64,000 nt of DNA, from IMG/VR virus record IMGVR_UViG_3300009593_000010, positions 65,559 to 129,558 of that record; one strand, 5' to 3'. The position numbers and the translations under genes were made by a program. Shown piece after piece: positions 47,166-56,646 of the stretch (position 1 is the first letter of the stretch; each line of letters starts with the position of its first letter). The notes under the pieces are model-generated. The model had not been told where the DNA came from, did no database searches, and saw only the letters and a program-made list of their open reading frames with translations. The stretch is from a virus.

Positions 47166-47586
47166 AGAAGAAATCATAAGAGACGAAGGTGTCGTTTATG
47201 AAATTTATAAAGATCATTTGGGGTATCCTACATTTGGCATAGGTCATTTAGTTAAGGATGGAGACCCAGAACAGGGACAAGAGGTTGGAACACCAGTATC
47301 AAAAGAAAGATGCGATGAAGTGTTTGAACATGATTGTGCAGAACACATACAAGAGTGTAAAAATTTATTTACAGAACTGGATTCATATCCAGATGATGTA
47401 CAAAGAGTATTGGTCAATATGACCTTTAATATGGGAGTCACAAGACTATCGAAGTTTAAAAACTTTGGAGCTGCAATAAGATCGAATGATTGGAAAAAGG
47501 CTGCAGTCGAAGGTCGTGATTCTCGTTGGTATAATCAAGTAACCAATCGTGCAGAACGATTAATGGTAATGTTAGAGAATATATAA
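47146..47586 (+). CDS. T4-type lysozyme
   Basis: DEG...IYKD.LGYPTFGIGHL catalytic E/D/T pattern; NMTFNMG; DSRWYNQV.NRA.RL. Confidence 0.92.
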   Translation: MNLQKLKEEIIRDEGVVYEIYKDHLGYPTFGIGHLVKDGDPEQGQEVGTPVSKERCDEVFEHDCAEHIQECKNLFTELDSYPDDVQRVLVNMTFNMGVTRLSKFKNFGAAIRSNDWKKAAVEGRDSRWYNQVTNRAERLMVMLENI

Positions 47587-47909
47587 TGAAAAGTGAAGTA
47601 AAATTATTCCAGTTTGTGACTGGAGAAAATGTAGTTGGTGAGATAGAGATGAATAACTTCTCTTCTGATGCAATTGTCACAGTAAAGAACCCTTTATTTG
47701 TAGTTGCACAACCAACAGAAGATGGAAAGAGTGTTTCAATTCAATTGATGCCTTATTCCAATCTTGCAAAGGATAATACCATTGAGGTGGTATTCAAAAA
47801 TGTAGTGTGGTATTCAACTCCAGAAGATAGACTTGCAAATCAATATGCACAGATATTTTCTACAATAGTTAAACCATCACCAGAACAAACTAAGATAGTG
47901 TCATCATGA
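47586..47909 (+). CDS. hypothetical protein, Sm-like fold suspected
   Basis: LFQFVTGENVVGEI...VKNPL...LMPYS; similar to 12662. Confidence 0.6.
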   Translation: MKSEVKLFQFVTGENVVGEIEMNNFSSDAIVTVKNPLFVVAQPTEDGKSVSIQLMPYSNLAKDNTIEVVFKNVVWYSTPEDRLANQYAQIFSTIVKPSPEQTKIVSS

Positions 47910-48133
47910 GTAGAGAATATAGAGACGAAATCCTTAAAGCAACTAAATTAAGGTATGAAAGTGAAATACTATCTTCTAAAGTAAATATTGATATTATATT
48001 GTCAAATGCACAAGGTGTTGCAGAACATCCAGATTTCATAGCAACAGTTGATGTTGAACTAGATAGAATTGCAAGTGCAGAAGATAAACTTGCAGTTATA
48101 AAAAATCATTTTACTCCACCTAAGATACCATAA
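47906..48133 (+). CDS. hypothetical protein
   Basis: NAQGVAEHPDFIATVD; coupled start. Confidence 0.6.
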   Translation: MSREYRDEILKATKLRYESEILSSKVNIDIILSNAQGVAEHPDFIATVDVELDRIASAEDKLAVIKNHFTPPKIP

Positions 48134-48138
48134 ACCCC

Positions 48139-48166
48139 TTGACAGATAGCAGTTCTGTAGTATAAT
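48139..48166 (+). promoter_or_regulatory. sigma70-type promoter, 16-bp spacer class (gp43)
   Basis: TTGACA-GATAGCAGTTCTGTAG-TATAAT; ACAGA-N7-TCTGT. Confidence 0.75.
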
Positions 48167-48173
48167 AGGTACT

Positions 48174-50660
48174 ATGCACTTTTATACTAATGTTTCACGA
48201 TATAAGAACCTAATCCTTGTTCGAGAGTTCAAGGATGGGAAGAACACTCCTAGAAAGATTGAGTATAAACCTACTCTATATCTTCCAACCAACAAAGATA
48301 GTTCATTCAGAAGTATCTCTGGGCAAAACCTAGAACCTAAAAAGTTCAATAGCATTTCTTATACAAGACCCTTCATCCACAAATATGCTGATGTTGAGGG
48401 TTTTGATATACATGGGTTTGACAGATATGAATATACATGGGTGTCTGATACATTTAAAAATGATATTGAATGGAGTATGAGAAACATCAAGATAATGAAT
48501 CTTGATATTGAGTGTGAATGTGAATATGGATTCCCAGAACCAACTCTTGCACCAGAACCAATTAATGCAATAACCTTTAAGATGTTTGGTCAACCTACCA
48601 AGTATGTTTTTGGTACTCAAGAATGGGAACATGGGGATGAAAATATCCAATACTTTCATTGTCAGAATGAAGTGCATCTTCTTAAAACTTTCATAGAAGA
48701 ATATCGTAAAGTTATGCCAGATATTATTACTGGTTGGAATGTTGATACTTTTGATATTACATATTTAATGAATCGTATCACTAAGGTAATTGATGAAAGG
48801 ACTGCAAATCAACTCAGCCCTTGGGCAATAACTTCAAGTAGGGAATGGGAAACTTTTGGAAACAAACAACAATCCTACAACCTTGTAGGAGTTGAGACGA
48901 TAGACTACCTTAAACTATACAGAAACTTTACTTTCAAAAATAGAGATTCTTATAAACTGGAAAACATTTCCCAGATAGAATTGGGAACTGGTAAGATAGA
49001 TTATTCAGAGTTTGGTGCAATGCATCTATTCTATAAAGAGAACTATCAAAAGTTCTTAGAATATAATGTTCGTGATGTTGATCTAGTAGAACAACTTGAT
49101 AATAAGTTGGGTCTTATGGGACTAATGTGTCAGATGGCATATACTGCAAAGTGTAATTATTCAGATACATTTGGTATGGTTAAGTATTGGGATATTCTTA
49201 TATACAATCGTTTAAGACAACAGAATATTATGGTTCCACCTAAACCTCATGGGAATAAGAGTTCTAAGTTTATTGGTGCGTATGTCAAAGACCCACAAGT
49301 TGGTTTACATGAATGGGTTATGTCTTTTGATTTGAATTCACTATATCCTCATTTGATTATGCAGTACAATATTAGTCCAGAGACTATGCATAAGAGAAGT
49401 CAAGTTGGTGGTTATGGTGTTGATGCATTCTTAAACAAACAAGTTGAAGTGACTGGTAGTGCAACTATATGTCCAAATGGTGCAAGATTTAATAAGAATA
49501 AACAAGGGTTCCTTCCAGAGATACTTGAGTCTTTATATGATGAAAGGGTAATTTGGAAGAATAAGATGCTTGAATATCAAAAAGAATTTCAAGATACTCA
49601 AGACCAGAGTAGAAAAAATGAGTTAAATCGTGAGATTGCAATTGCACACAACAACCAGATGGTAAGAAAGATTGCATTGAACTCTGCATATGGTGCTATG
49701 GGTAATCAGTGGTTTAGATATTTTGATCTAAAACTTGCAGAGGCAGTAACAACAAGTGGTCAACTTGCAATTAAGTGGGTAGAGAAAGCAGTTAACCAGT
49801 GGTTAAATGGATTACTCAAAACAGATGATGTAGATTATGTTATTGCAATCGATACAGATTCTATCTATGTAAGGTTTGATGAAGTAATTAAAAAGGTTAA
49901 TCCACCAGACCCACTTCAATTTCTGGATGATATATCCATTAAACATTTTGAACAGGTTGTTATTAAAGATGCATATCAAGAACTTGCAGAATATACCAAC
50001 GCATACAAGAACAAGATGCAGATGGGTAGAGAAATTATTGCAGACAAGGGAATTTGGACTGCAAAGAAAAGATATATTCTTAATGTTCTCGACAATGAAG
50101 GTGTCAGATTAAAAGAACCTAAACTCAAGATGATGGGTATTGAAACTGCAAAGACTTCAACACCTCAGTGGGTTCGTGATAAACTCGAAGATGCACTTAA
50201 AGTTGTAATGTTGGGTGATGAAAATGCAATTCATACTTTTGTAAATGAGGCAAGAGAACAGTTTAGAAAATTACCAGTTGGTGATATTGCTTTCCCTCGT
50301 TCAGTAAATGGACTTGTTGAATATTCTAATCCCAAAACAATCTATAACAAATCTACACCAATGCATGTTAGAGCATCTTTATTATTTAATCATTATCTTA
50401 AAGAGAATAACCTTTTAAATGTTCATCCAAGTATTCAATCTGGTGAGAAAATTAGATTTGTACATCTAAAAATACCAAATCCAATTCAAGAGAATGTCAT
50501 AGGTTTTATAAATACTTTACCAGAGGAGTTTGATTTGGATAACTACCTTGATTATGATAAACAATTTGATAAATCTTTCATCGAACCACTAAAACTTATA
50601 CTTGAGAAGATCGGATGGTCAACAGAACCACAATCTTCCTTAGAGGATTTTTTTGGTTGA
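48174..50660 (+). CDS. gp43: family B DNA polymerase
   Basis: DIE exonuclease, TGWN...FD, SFDLNSLYP, K..LNSAYG, DTDS, KKRY. Confidence 0.98.
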   Translation: MHFYTNVSRYKNLILVREFKDGKNTPRKIEYKPTLYLPTNKDSSFRSISGQNLEPKKFNSISYTRPFIHKYADVEGFDIHGFDRYEYTWVSDTFKNDIEWSMRNIKIMNLDIECECEYGFPEPTLAPEPINAITFKMFGQPTKYVFGTQEWEHGDENIQYFHCQNEVHLLKTFIEEYRKVMPDIITGWNVDTFDITYLMNRITKVIDERTANQLSPWAITSSREWETFGNKQQSYNLVGVETIDYLKLYRNFTFKNRDSYKLENISQIELGTGKIDYSEFGAMHLFYKENYQKFLEYNVRDVDLVEQLDNKLGLMGLMCQMAYTAKCNYSDTFGMVKYWDILIYNRLRQQNIMVPPKPHGNKSSKFIGAYVKDPQVGLHEWVMSFDLNSLYPHLIMQYNISPETMHKRSQVGGYGVDAFLNKQVEVTGSATICPNGARFNKNKQGFLPEILESLYDERVIWKNKMLEYQKEFQDTQDQSRKNELNREIAIAHNNQMVRKIALNSAYGAMGNQWFRYFDLKLAEAVTTSGQLAIKWVEKAVNQWLNGLLKTDDVDYVIAIDTDSIYVRFDEVIKKVNPPDPLQFLDDISIKHFEQVVIKDAYQELAEYTNAYKNKMQMGREIIADKGIWTAKKRYILNVLDNEGVRLKEPKLKMMGIETAKTSTPQWVRDKLEDALKVVMLGDENAIHTFVNEAREQFRKLPVGDIAFPRSVNGLVEYSNPKTIYNKSTPMHVRASLLFNHYLKENNLLNVHPSIQSGEKIRFVHLKIPNPIQENVIGFINTLPEEFDLDNYLDYDKQFDKSFIEPLKLILEKIGWSTEPQSSLEDFFG

Positions 50661-50702
50661 CAATAATGTCTCTCCTTTAATACTTAACAAAAGGAGAGAA
50701 TT

Positions 50703-51260
50703 ATGTATGAGTATAGAGTAAAAGTAGAAAGAGTTGTTGATGGCGATACTGTTGATGTTGATATCGATTTAGGCTTTGGAGTTCAACTAAATGATGAACG
50801 AGTTAGAATAATGGGAATAGATACGCCAGAGAGTCGAACTTCTGATAAGGTAGAAAAAGTATTTGGTAAAGCTGCAAAACAAGCATTAGTAGATATGTTG
50901 GGTGAAACTGCAATCTTAAAAACACAAATTAACAGAGATGGTGAAGACATGAAAGGAAAATTCGGAAGAATTCTCGGTGACTTTACTGTTGAACATAATG
51001 GTGTAATGAAAGGTGTGACAGAAGCACTAATAGAAGATGGACATGCAGTTCCATATTTCGGTGGGTCTAAAGATGATACTCAAGCACAACATATGATTAA
51101 TCGTAAAAGATTGATTGATGAAGGTTTGGTTGAAATGTCTTATGAAGATGCTGGTGTTGTGCAAGAACCTTCTGTATCAGAAGAGTTGCAAGCAGAGTTA
51201 GAACCAATAGACACTATGCATGCCCCAGTTGACGCAAACGGAAGTCCAGTCGAAGAATAA
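50703..51260 (+). CDS. thermonuclease (SNase) family protein
   Basis: RVVDGDTVDV, VRIMGIDTPE, GKFGRILG. Confidence 0.9.
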   Translation: MYEYRVKVERVVDGDTVDVDIDLGFGVQLNDERVRIMGIDTPESRTSDKVEKVFGKAAKQALVDMLGETAILKTQINRDGEDMKGKFGRILGDFTVEHNGVMKGVTEALIEDGHAVPYFGGSKDDTQAQHMINRKRLIDEGLVEMSYEDAGVVQEPSVSEELQAELEPIDTMHAPVDANGSPVEE

Positions 51261-51264
51261 AGAC

Positions 51265-51292
51265 TTGACAGATGGGAGTTTCGTAGTATAAT
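51265..51292 (+). promoter_or_regulatory. sigma70-type promoter, 16-bp spacer class (uvsX)
   Basis: TTGACA-GATGGGAGTTTCGTAG-TATAAT. Confidence 0.7.
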
Positions 51293-51324
51293 AGATATAT
51301 TACTGAAAAATTTGAGACTATATT

Positions 51325-52383
51325 ATGGATTTATTAAAAGACCTTGCAAAAGCAAGTGGAAATGACTTAGCAGGAAAAGTATCTGATGGAATCGTGGCAG
51401 GTGATGTCGATGGTTATTTGGATACTGGTTCCTATATTTTAAATGCACTAGTAAGTGGTAGTATCTACAAGGGGATTCCCTCTAATAAGATTACTGCACT
51501 TGCTGGTGAATCTGCAACAGGTAAGACCTTCTTTGCACTAGGAATTTGTCAAAAGTTCCTTCAAGATAACCCAAAAGGTAATATCGTTTACTTTGAATCG
51601 GAATCTGCATTAACCAGAGAAATCATAGAAGAAAGAGGTATAGATTCCTCTCGTGTTCTATTGGTTCCAGTGACTACAATAGAAGAGTTCAGAACTCAAG
51701 CAGTTAACATCATAGATGAATATGATAAACAAAAAGGAGAAGATGAAAAACTTCTATTTGTTTTAGATTCACTTGGTATGTTATCAACCAACAAAGAAAC
51801 CCAAGACATAGCATCTGGAAAAGATGTTAGGGATATGACCAAAGCACAAGTTATCAAAGGAACATTTAGAGTGTTAACTTTGAAACTTGGAAGAGTAGGT
51901 ATTCCAATGATTGTGACAAATCACACATATGATGTGATTGGTTCCATGTTTCCACAAAAGGAAATGGGTGGTGGAAGTGGTCTCAAATACGCAGCTTCAT
52001 CTATTGTCTATCTTTCCAAAAGGAAAGAGAAGGATGGAACCACAGTCATTGGTAATGTGATTCATTGTAAGAATCAAAAATCAAGACTCACAGTAGAGAA
52101 CAAGATGGTTGATGTATTATTAACTTATGATAAAGGTTTATCAAAGTATTATGGTCTTCTTGATCTTGCAATCAAGTATAATATCTTTAAACAGGTATCG
52201 ACAAGAATTGAACTTCCAGATGGTAAAACACAATTTGGAAAAACTATCAACAACAATCCAGAGACTTATTTCACACCAGAAATCTTAGATCAATTGGATG
52301 AATGTGCTCAGAAAGAATTCAAGTATGGAACTTTTCAACAAGAGATCATTGACGAAGAAACTGGTGAAGTAATTGCAGACTAG
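51325..52383 (+). CDS. uvsX: RecA-like recombinase
   Basis: [40 protein letters not shown]. Confidence 0.96.
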   Translation: MDLLKDLAKASGNDLAGKVSDGIVAGDVDGYLDTGSYILNALVSGSIYKGIPSNKITALAGESATGKTFFALGICQKFLQDNPKGNIVYFESESALTREIIEERGIDSSRVLLVPVTTIEEFRTQAVNIIDEYDKQKGEDEKLLFVLDSLGMLSTNKETQDIASGKDVRDMTKAQVIKGTFRVLTLKLGRVGIPMIVTNHTYDVIGSMFPQKEMGGGSGLKYAASSIVYLSKRKEKDGTTVIGNVIHCKNQKSRLTVENKMVDVLLTYDKGLSKYYGLLDLAIKYNIFKQVSTRIELPDGKTQFGKTINNNPETYFTPEILDQLDECAQKEFKYGTFQQEIIDEETGEVIAD

Positions 52384-53752
52384 ATTAGAACTATTAATAT
52401 TAAAGAATCTATTTACTGAGGATGAATTTTCTCGTAAAGTAATTCCATATATTAAAACAGATTTCTTTTCTGAACGAGAGGAGAGATTAGTATTTGATCA
52501 GATTAGGTCATACTTCGATAAGTATAACGAATGTCCTACCCATGAAGCATTAACTATTCAAATGAATGAGACTAGTGGTCTTAATCAAGATGAATTGAAT
52601 AGTGCAAATGGAGTAGTTAATCAATGTAAGTTATCTAAAGAAGATACACCACAAGAATTCTTAATAGACGAGACTGAGAAGTGGTGTAAAGATCGTGCAG
52701 TTTATAATGCAGTTATGGATTCAATTACAATACTGGATAAGGACTCTAAGAGGGAGAAAGGTGAGATTCCAGACATCCTTAAAGAAGCACTTGCAGTATC
52801 TTTTGATGCACATATTGGTCACGACTTCTTAGATGATTCTGAGAATAGATTTGATTTCTATAATACAGAAGAAGATAAACTACCATTTGATCTTGATCTA
52901 TTAAACAAGATCACTAAGGGTGGATTACCCAATAAGACTCTGAACATTTGTATGGCTGGAACAGGGGTTGGTAAATCTCTATTCATGTGTCATTGTGCAG
53001 CTAACAATCTAATGATGGGTAAGAATGTACTTTATATTACATTAGAAATGGCAGAAGAGAAGATTGCAGAAAGAGTAGATGCAAATCTATTGAATGTTCC
53101 TATTCAACAACTTGCTGATCTTCCAAAGGATATGTACAATAAAAAGATCAAAGGTATCCGAGAGAAAACTACAGGTAAGTTGATTGTTAAAGAATATCCA
53201 ACTGCATCTGCAAATACAGGACACTTTAGACATCTATTACAAGAGTTAAATCTCAAGAAAGATTTCAAACCAGACATCATCTATATTGATTACTTAAACA
53301 TTTGTGGTTCATTTAGAATGAGAATGGGTGGTAGTGTTAACTCTTACATCTTAGTTAAGAGTATTGCAGAAGAACTCAGAGGACTTGCTGTAGAGTTTAA
53401 TCTACCAATAGTATCTGCAACACAAACAAACAGAACTGGATTCGTATCTACAGATGTAGGTCTGGAAGATACATCAGAATCATTTGGATTACCAGCAACA
53501 GCAGACTTGATGTTTGCATTGATATCTACAGAAGAACTTGAAGAGTTAGATCAGATGATGGTAAAACAATTGAAGAATCGTTATAATGATCTATCATACT
53601 ACAGAAGATTTGTAATTGGTGTAGATCGTTCAAGAATGAAATTGTATGATGTAGAACAATCTGCACAGGATGATTTACATGATGTTAATGTCATGGATTC
53701 ATCAGATACAGGTAAAAGGATTAAATCAGAAACATCTGATTGGGACATATAA
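52373..53752 (+). CDS. gp41: replicative DNA helicase
   Basis: [48 protein letters not shown]. Confidence 0.97.
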   Translation: MQTRLELLILKNLFTEDEFSRKVIPYIKTDFFSEREERLVFDQIRSYFDKYNECPTHEALTIQMNETSGLNQDELNSANGVVNQCKLSKEDTPQEFLIDETEKWCKDRAVYNAVMDSITILDKDSKREKGEIPDILKEALAVSFDAHIGHDFLDDSENRFDFYNTEEDKLPFDLDLLNKITKGGLPNKTLNICMAGTGVGKSLFMCHCAANNLMMGKNVLYITLEMAEEKIAERVDANLLNVPIQQLADLPKDMYNKKIKGIREKTTGKLIVKEYPTASANTGHFRHLLQELNLKKDFKPDIIYIDYLNICGSFRMRMGGSVNSYILVKSIAEELRGLAVEFNLPIVSATQTNRTGFVSTDVGLEDTSESFGLPATADLMFALISTEELEELDQMMVKQLKNRYNDLSYYRRFVIGVDRSRMKLYDVEQSAQDDLHDVNVMDSSDTGKRIKSETSDWDI

Positions 53753-54426
53753 TGGGACAAAATCCAAAAATAGTAGAAGGTAAGAAACTTGAAGTAAATC
53801 TAATCGATGCAGTTGAGCATGATATTACTATTAAAGAAAGACAAATTATTCATACCTTTCAAGCACCACCAGATATCATGAAATTAAATGAAAGAATAGT
53901 TGAAATAATTCATGAAGAAGATGGAAAAGGAGTAGGAACCAGTGATACCATCAATGCAAATGTATCTCTATTCACAGGATGGAAAACCTTTGAACCAGAA
54001 GAATTCCAAATATTAATGGAATGGGGTGGTGCATGTATCCAAGAGGTTTCTAGGTCAAGATTTTCCATAGAAATTCTTCCAATTTATACCCATTGTTGGG
54101 GTATGAAATATAATGATGGAGATTGCACTCCAGCACATGGCCATTTTCCATCTCTCTGGAGTTGGACATATTATCCAAAAGTAGATGATAATACCAGTCC
54201 TCTACAAATATGTAGTAGTTTAGAAGGTCTGGAAAAGACAGAAAGGTTGGATAGTAAGAGATTTGATCAAAATCCAGCATTATCCATAACACCAAAAACA
54301 GGACAATTAGTCCTATTTCAATCCCACATATACCACCAAGTTCCATTGGTGGAAGGTCAATACGACAGATATTGTGTTGCTGCAAATGCATCTCATGATC
54401 TCTGGAGAGACGATCAACCATTTTAG
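53752..54426 (+). CDS. 2OG-Fe(II) oxygenase-like protein (TIGR02466-like)
   Basis: WGMKYNDGD.TPAHGH, WSWTYY, LVLFQSHIYHQV, RYCVAAN. Confidence 0.8.
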   Translation: MGQNPKIVEGKKLEVNLIDAVEHDITIKERQIIHTFQAPPDIMKLNERIVEIIHEEDGKGVGTSDTINANVSLFTGWKTFEPEEFQILMEWGGACIQEVSRSRFSIEILPIYTHCWGMKYNDGDCTPAHGHFPSLWSWTYYPKVDDNTSPLQICSSLEGLEKTERLDSKRFDQNPALSITPKTGQLVLFQSHIYHQVPLVEGQYDRYCVAANASHDLWRDDQPF

Positions 54427-54430
54427 GTTA

Positions 54431-54506
54431 GGGGCTGTAGCTCAGTAGGGAGAGCGACTGGTTTGCATCCAGTAGGTCGTAGGTTCGATTCCTATCAGCT
54501 CCACCA
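54431..54506 (+). tRNA. trnA: tRNA-Ala(TGC)
   Basis: GGGGCTG/CAGCTCC acceptor with G3:U70, ACTGG-TTTGCAT-CCAGT anticodon arm, TTCGATT T loop, encoded CCA. Confidence 0.97.
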
Positions 54507-54523
54507 AAATTCATCAAATAAGT

Positions 54524-54553
54524 TTGACACTAGGGTACATAAAAGTGTATAAT
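54524..54553 (+). promoter_or_regulatory. early-type promoter, 18-bp spacer class
   Basis: TTGACA-CTAGGGTACATAAAAGTG-TATAAT. Confidence 0.8.
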
Positions 54554-54748
54554 GTATACATAGATGGAAAAAAGTATCAAGAAATTAACCAAAAAAGTCG
54601 TGGGTTCGTTGCCCATCCACCTTAGAGTTGGAACCAAAAGATTAGTAACCCTAATTGAGGCAGACAAAATTGGTTTGATACCAGTCCTAACTTCGACGCC
54701 TTTGATGTGGTCTCTCAAGTTAGGGCTGAATTTCAACTTATTTAAGAC

Positions 54749-54850
54749 ATGAGAGTTCCAAGAGCAAAAAAGGAAGTTATTAACTCTCTATCAAGGAAAG
54801 AAAAAAAGAAGAACAAAAAACTCTCAAATAAGAGAGTTCGTAAATTATGA
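54749..54850 (+). CDS. small basic peptide (33 aa, not in ORF track)
   Basis: MRVPRAKKEVINSLSRKEKKKNKKLSNKRVRKL; ATGA coupling to 54847. Confidence 0.45.
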   Translation: MRVPRAKKEVINSLSRKEKKKNKKLSNKRVRKL

Positions 54851-55056
54851 ATAAATTGGTTGTATCAAAAAACGGAATTCCAAGAGATATCATTCTCAAT
54901 TCAAAGGAATGTCAGTTGATTTCTGATAAAACAAATATCAATGCATCATGGGATTTATGTTGTAAGTCCATAAAATCAAGGACAGGATTAGACATTATCG
55001 GAAATTTTGATCTAGTATCAGTAACTATTGAAGGAAATACATGGCCTCTACACTAA
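54847..55056 (+). CDS. hypothetical protein
   Basis: ORF track. Confidence 0.6.
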   Translation: MNKLVVSKNGIPRDIILNSKECQLISDKTNINASWDLCCKSIKSRTGLDIIGNFDLVSVTIEGNTWPLH

Positions 55057-55262
55057 CATATTTAAAGGAAATTACAGTTTGGGATAAGTGTGATTTTAAT
55101 GTCCCAAATCATACCTATATTTTTGATGAAAAAGGTAAGAATGTTGGGTATATAAAAACAGGGACAAAGGAAGAAATATTCTTCCCAAAACCATCTATCC
55201 AGTTCTCTAAGGCAAGACGAAGGTTCATAAAACTTGACAGAGGGGTACATAAAATTGTATAA
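55041..55262 (+). CDS. hypothetical protein
   Basis: AAGGA SD; KEITVWD...VPNHTY...F.K.RR.F. Confidence 0.65.
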   Translation: MASTLTYLKEITVWDKCDFNVPNHTYIFDEKGKNVGYIKTGTKEEIFFPKPSIQFSKARRRFIKLDRGVHKIV

Positions 55263-55263
55263 T
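55234..55263 (+). promoter_or_regulatory. early-type promoter, 18-bp spacer class
   Basis: TTGACA-GAGGGGTACATAAAATTG-TATAAT. Confidence 0.8.
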
Positions 55264-55301
55264 ACTTGTATGGTAAATAATTTTTTAATAAGGAGAAAAT
55301 A

Positions 55302-55577
55302 GTGAAAAATATTATTAATGGTATAAACGGAATCGATAACATGACAGATTTAAATGTCATAATTTCGGTGATAAAATCGAAACAAAAATCACTTAGGGCA
55401 TCTAACAATGCAGTTGCTAAAGCTGGGTTTTCAGTTGGTGATAAAGTTATAATTGATGGAAGACATGGTGACATGAACGGAGTGATCACCAAAATAAACA
55501 GAACAAGAGCAATTTGCTCAATTGGTGATGCTGGAATGTCATACAATGTTCCATTTTCAATAATGAGGGCTGCATAA
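55302..55577 (+). CDS. hypothetical protein, SH3/KOW-like C-terminus
   Basis: AAGGAG SD, GTG start; FSVGDKV...G.ITKINRTRA...YNVPFS. Confidence 0.7.
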   Translation: MKNIINGINGIDNMTDLNVIISVIKSKQKSLRASNNAVAKAGFSVGDKVIIDGRHGDMNGVITKINRTRAICSIGDAGMSYNVPFSIMRAA

Positions 55578-55963
55578 TGGCACAATATCCAAATTTAAAT
55601 GATCTAAATGTCGATGACGACATGAAGGTGGCATTAGGAAAAATGCAAGATAAGATGATCGATGATTACAATAGATTCATGCCTTTAACTGGTAGTGATA
55701 GTAAATGTAAAGTAAGAACAGACATGAGGAAAAGATATGCAAACGGATTTGCATATTCCAAAGGTCAGAAGTATCTTAAAGTCATATCGATAGATAATCA
55801 AACAAGTGTCTTACACTTCATAAATTTAGGAAATCCTAACTTTAAAGTTGGAGACATTTTGAAATCTGCTGGATGGTCAACACCAGCATTAAACAAAGCA
55901 AGGGGTAATATCTTTGATGATCATTATCCAATAAACTGGACTGGAGCGGTCTACTTAACATGA
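55577..55963 (+). CDS. hypothetical protein
   Basis: GQKYLKVI, GDILKSAGWSTPALNKARGNIF. Confidence 0.7.
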   Translation: MAQYPNLNDLNVDDDMKVALGKMQDKMIDDYNRFMPLTGSDSKCKVRTDMRKRYANGFAYSKGQKYLKVISIDNQTSVLHFINLGNPNFKVGDILKSAGWSTPALNKARGNIFDDHYPINWTGAVYLT

Positions 55964-56124
55964 CTTTCTCAGAATATTGCAAACTCATGTATGATGAAAA
56001 TTGCAGAGAAAGGTGGGTTCACAATCAAGTCCCATATGCTAATGTTTCAGAGTATGTAAACTTTGGAAGTAACAGGAAATTTCTTAAAGATAAATTTAAG
56101 GAATCAATTTTAAAAAATGAATGA
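55960..56124 (+). CDS. small hypothetical protein (54 aa, not in ORF track)
   Basis: ATGA coupling at both ends; MTFSEYCKLMYDENCRER. Confidence 0.55.
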   Translation: MTFSEYCKLMYDENCRERWVHNQVPYANVSEYVNFGSNRKFLKDKFKESILKNE

Positions 56125-56641
56125 AGTACAGGTAACAAAAGTGAAAAGAGTTTTTATAGACATGGATGGAGTTTTAACTGATTTTGTCGGTGGAGTTTCT
56201 CAAATGATAGGGATGCCTATGACGAATGATGATAAAGGTCATTCTGAGTATGATAAAAGAAAACAAGAACTAACAGATAAAAGGTTGTTTAGAAATCTAC
56301 CACCTATGCCCGATATGTGGGAATTGATAGGTTATCTAAAACACACTGGACTTCCTCTTGAAATACTAACTGCAGCTGGATATATAAACAGAGAGTTGGT
56401 AGTTTGGGATAAGAACGAGTGGGTTAAACAATTTGTAGACCCTACAATCGTTACAACTTGTGTTTATAGTGGTAGTGAGAAAGCAGTTTTTGCAAAGAAA
56501 GGACATGTTCTAATTGATGATAGGCAAAAGAATGTGGACTGTTGGGTTGCAGCTGGTGGAATTGGAATAGTCCACAAAACTGCACGAGATACTATTTCAG
56601 AAATGAAAAGATTACGAAATAATTTACAGGTAGTGGGGTAA
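56117..56641 (+). CDS. HAD-superfamily 5'(3')-nucleotidase-like protein
   Basis: FIDMDGVLTDF, ILTA, K..W, LIDD. Confidence 0.88.
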   Translation: MNEVQVTKVKRVFIDMDGVLTDFVGGVSQMIGMPMTNDDKGHSEYDKRKQELTDKRLFRNLPPMPDMWELIGYLKHTGLPLEILTAAGYINRELVVWDKNEWVKQFVDPTIVTTCVYSGSEKAVFAKKGHVLIDDRQKNVDCWVAAGGIGIVHKTARDTISEMKRLRNNLQVVG

Positions 56642-56646
56642 TTTCT

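Noticed and set aside
50657-50690. Promoter before the thermonuclease gene (TTGACA at 50657)
   Set aside because: No convincing -10 hexamer at 16-18 bp.
48174-53752. Inteins or group I introns in gp43, uvsX or gp41 (also uvsW, gp46, gp23)
   Set aside because: Lengths are ordinary, motifs are contiguous, and no splice-junction or LAGLIDADG blocks are visible.
54650-54730. Third tRNA gene (anticodon-arm-like hairpin and TTCGA)
   Set aside because: No acceptor stem, proper T arm or CCA; kept only as an ncRNA candidate.
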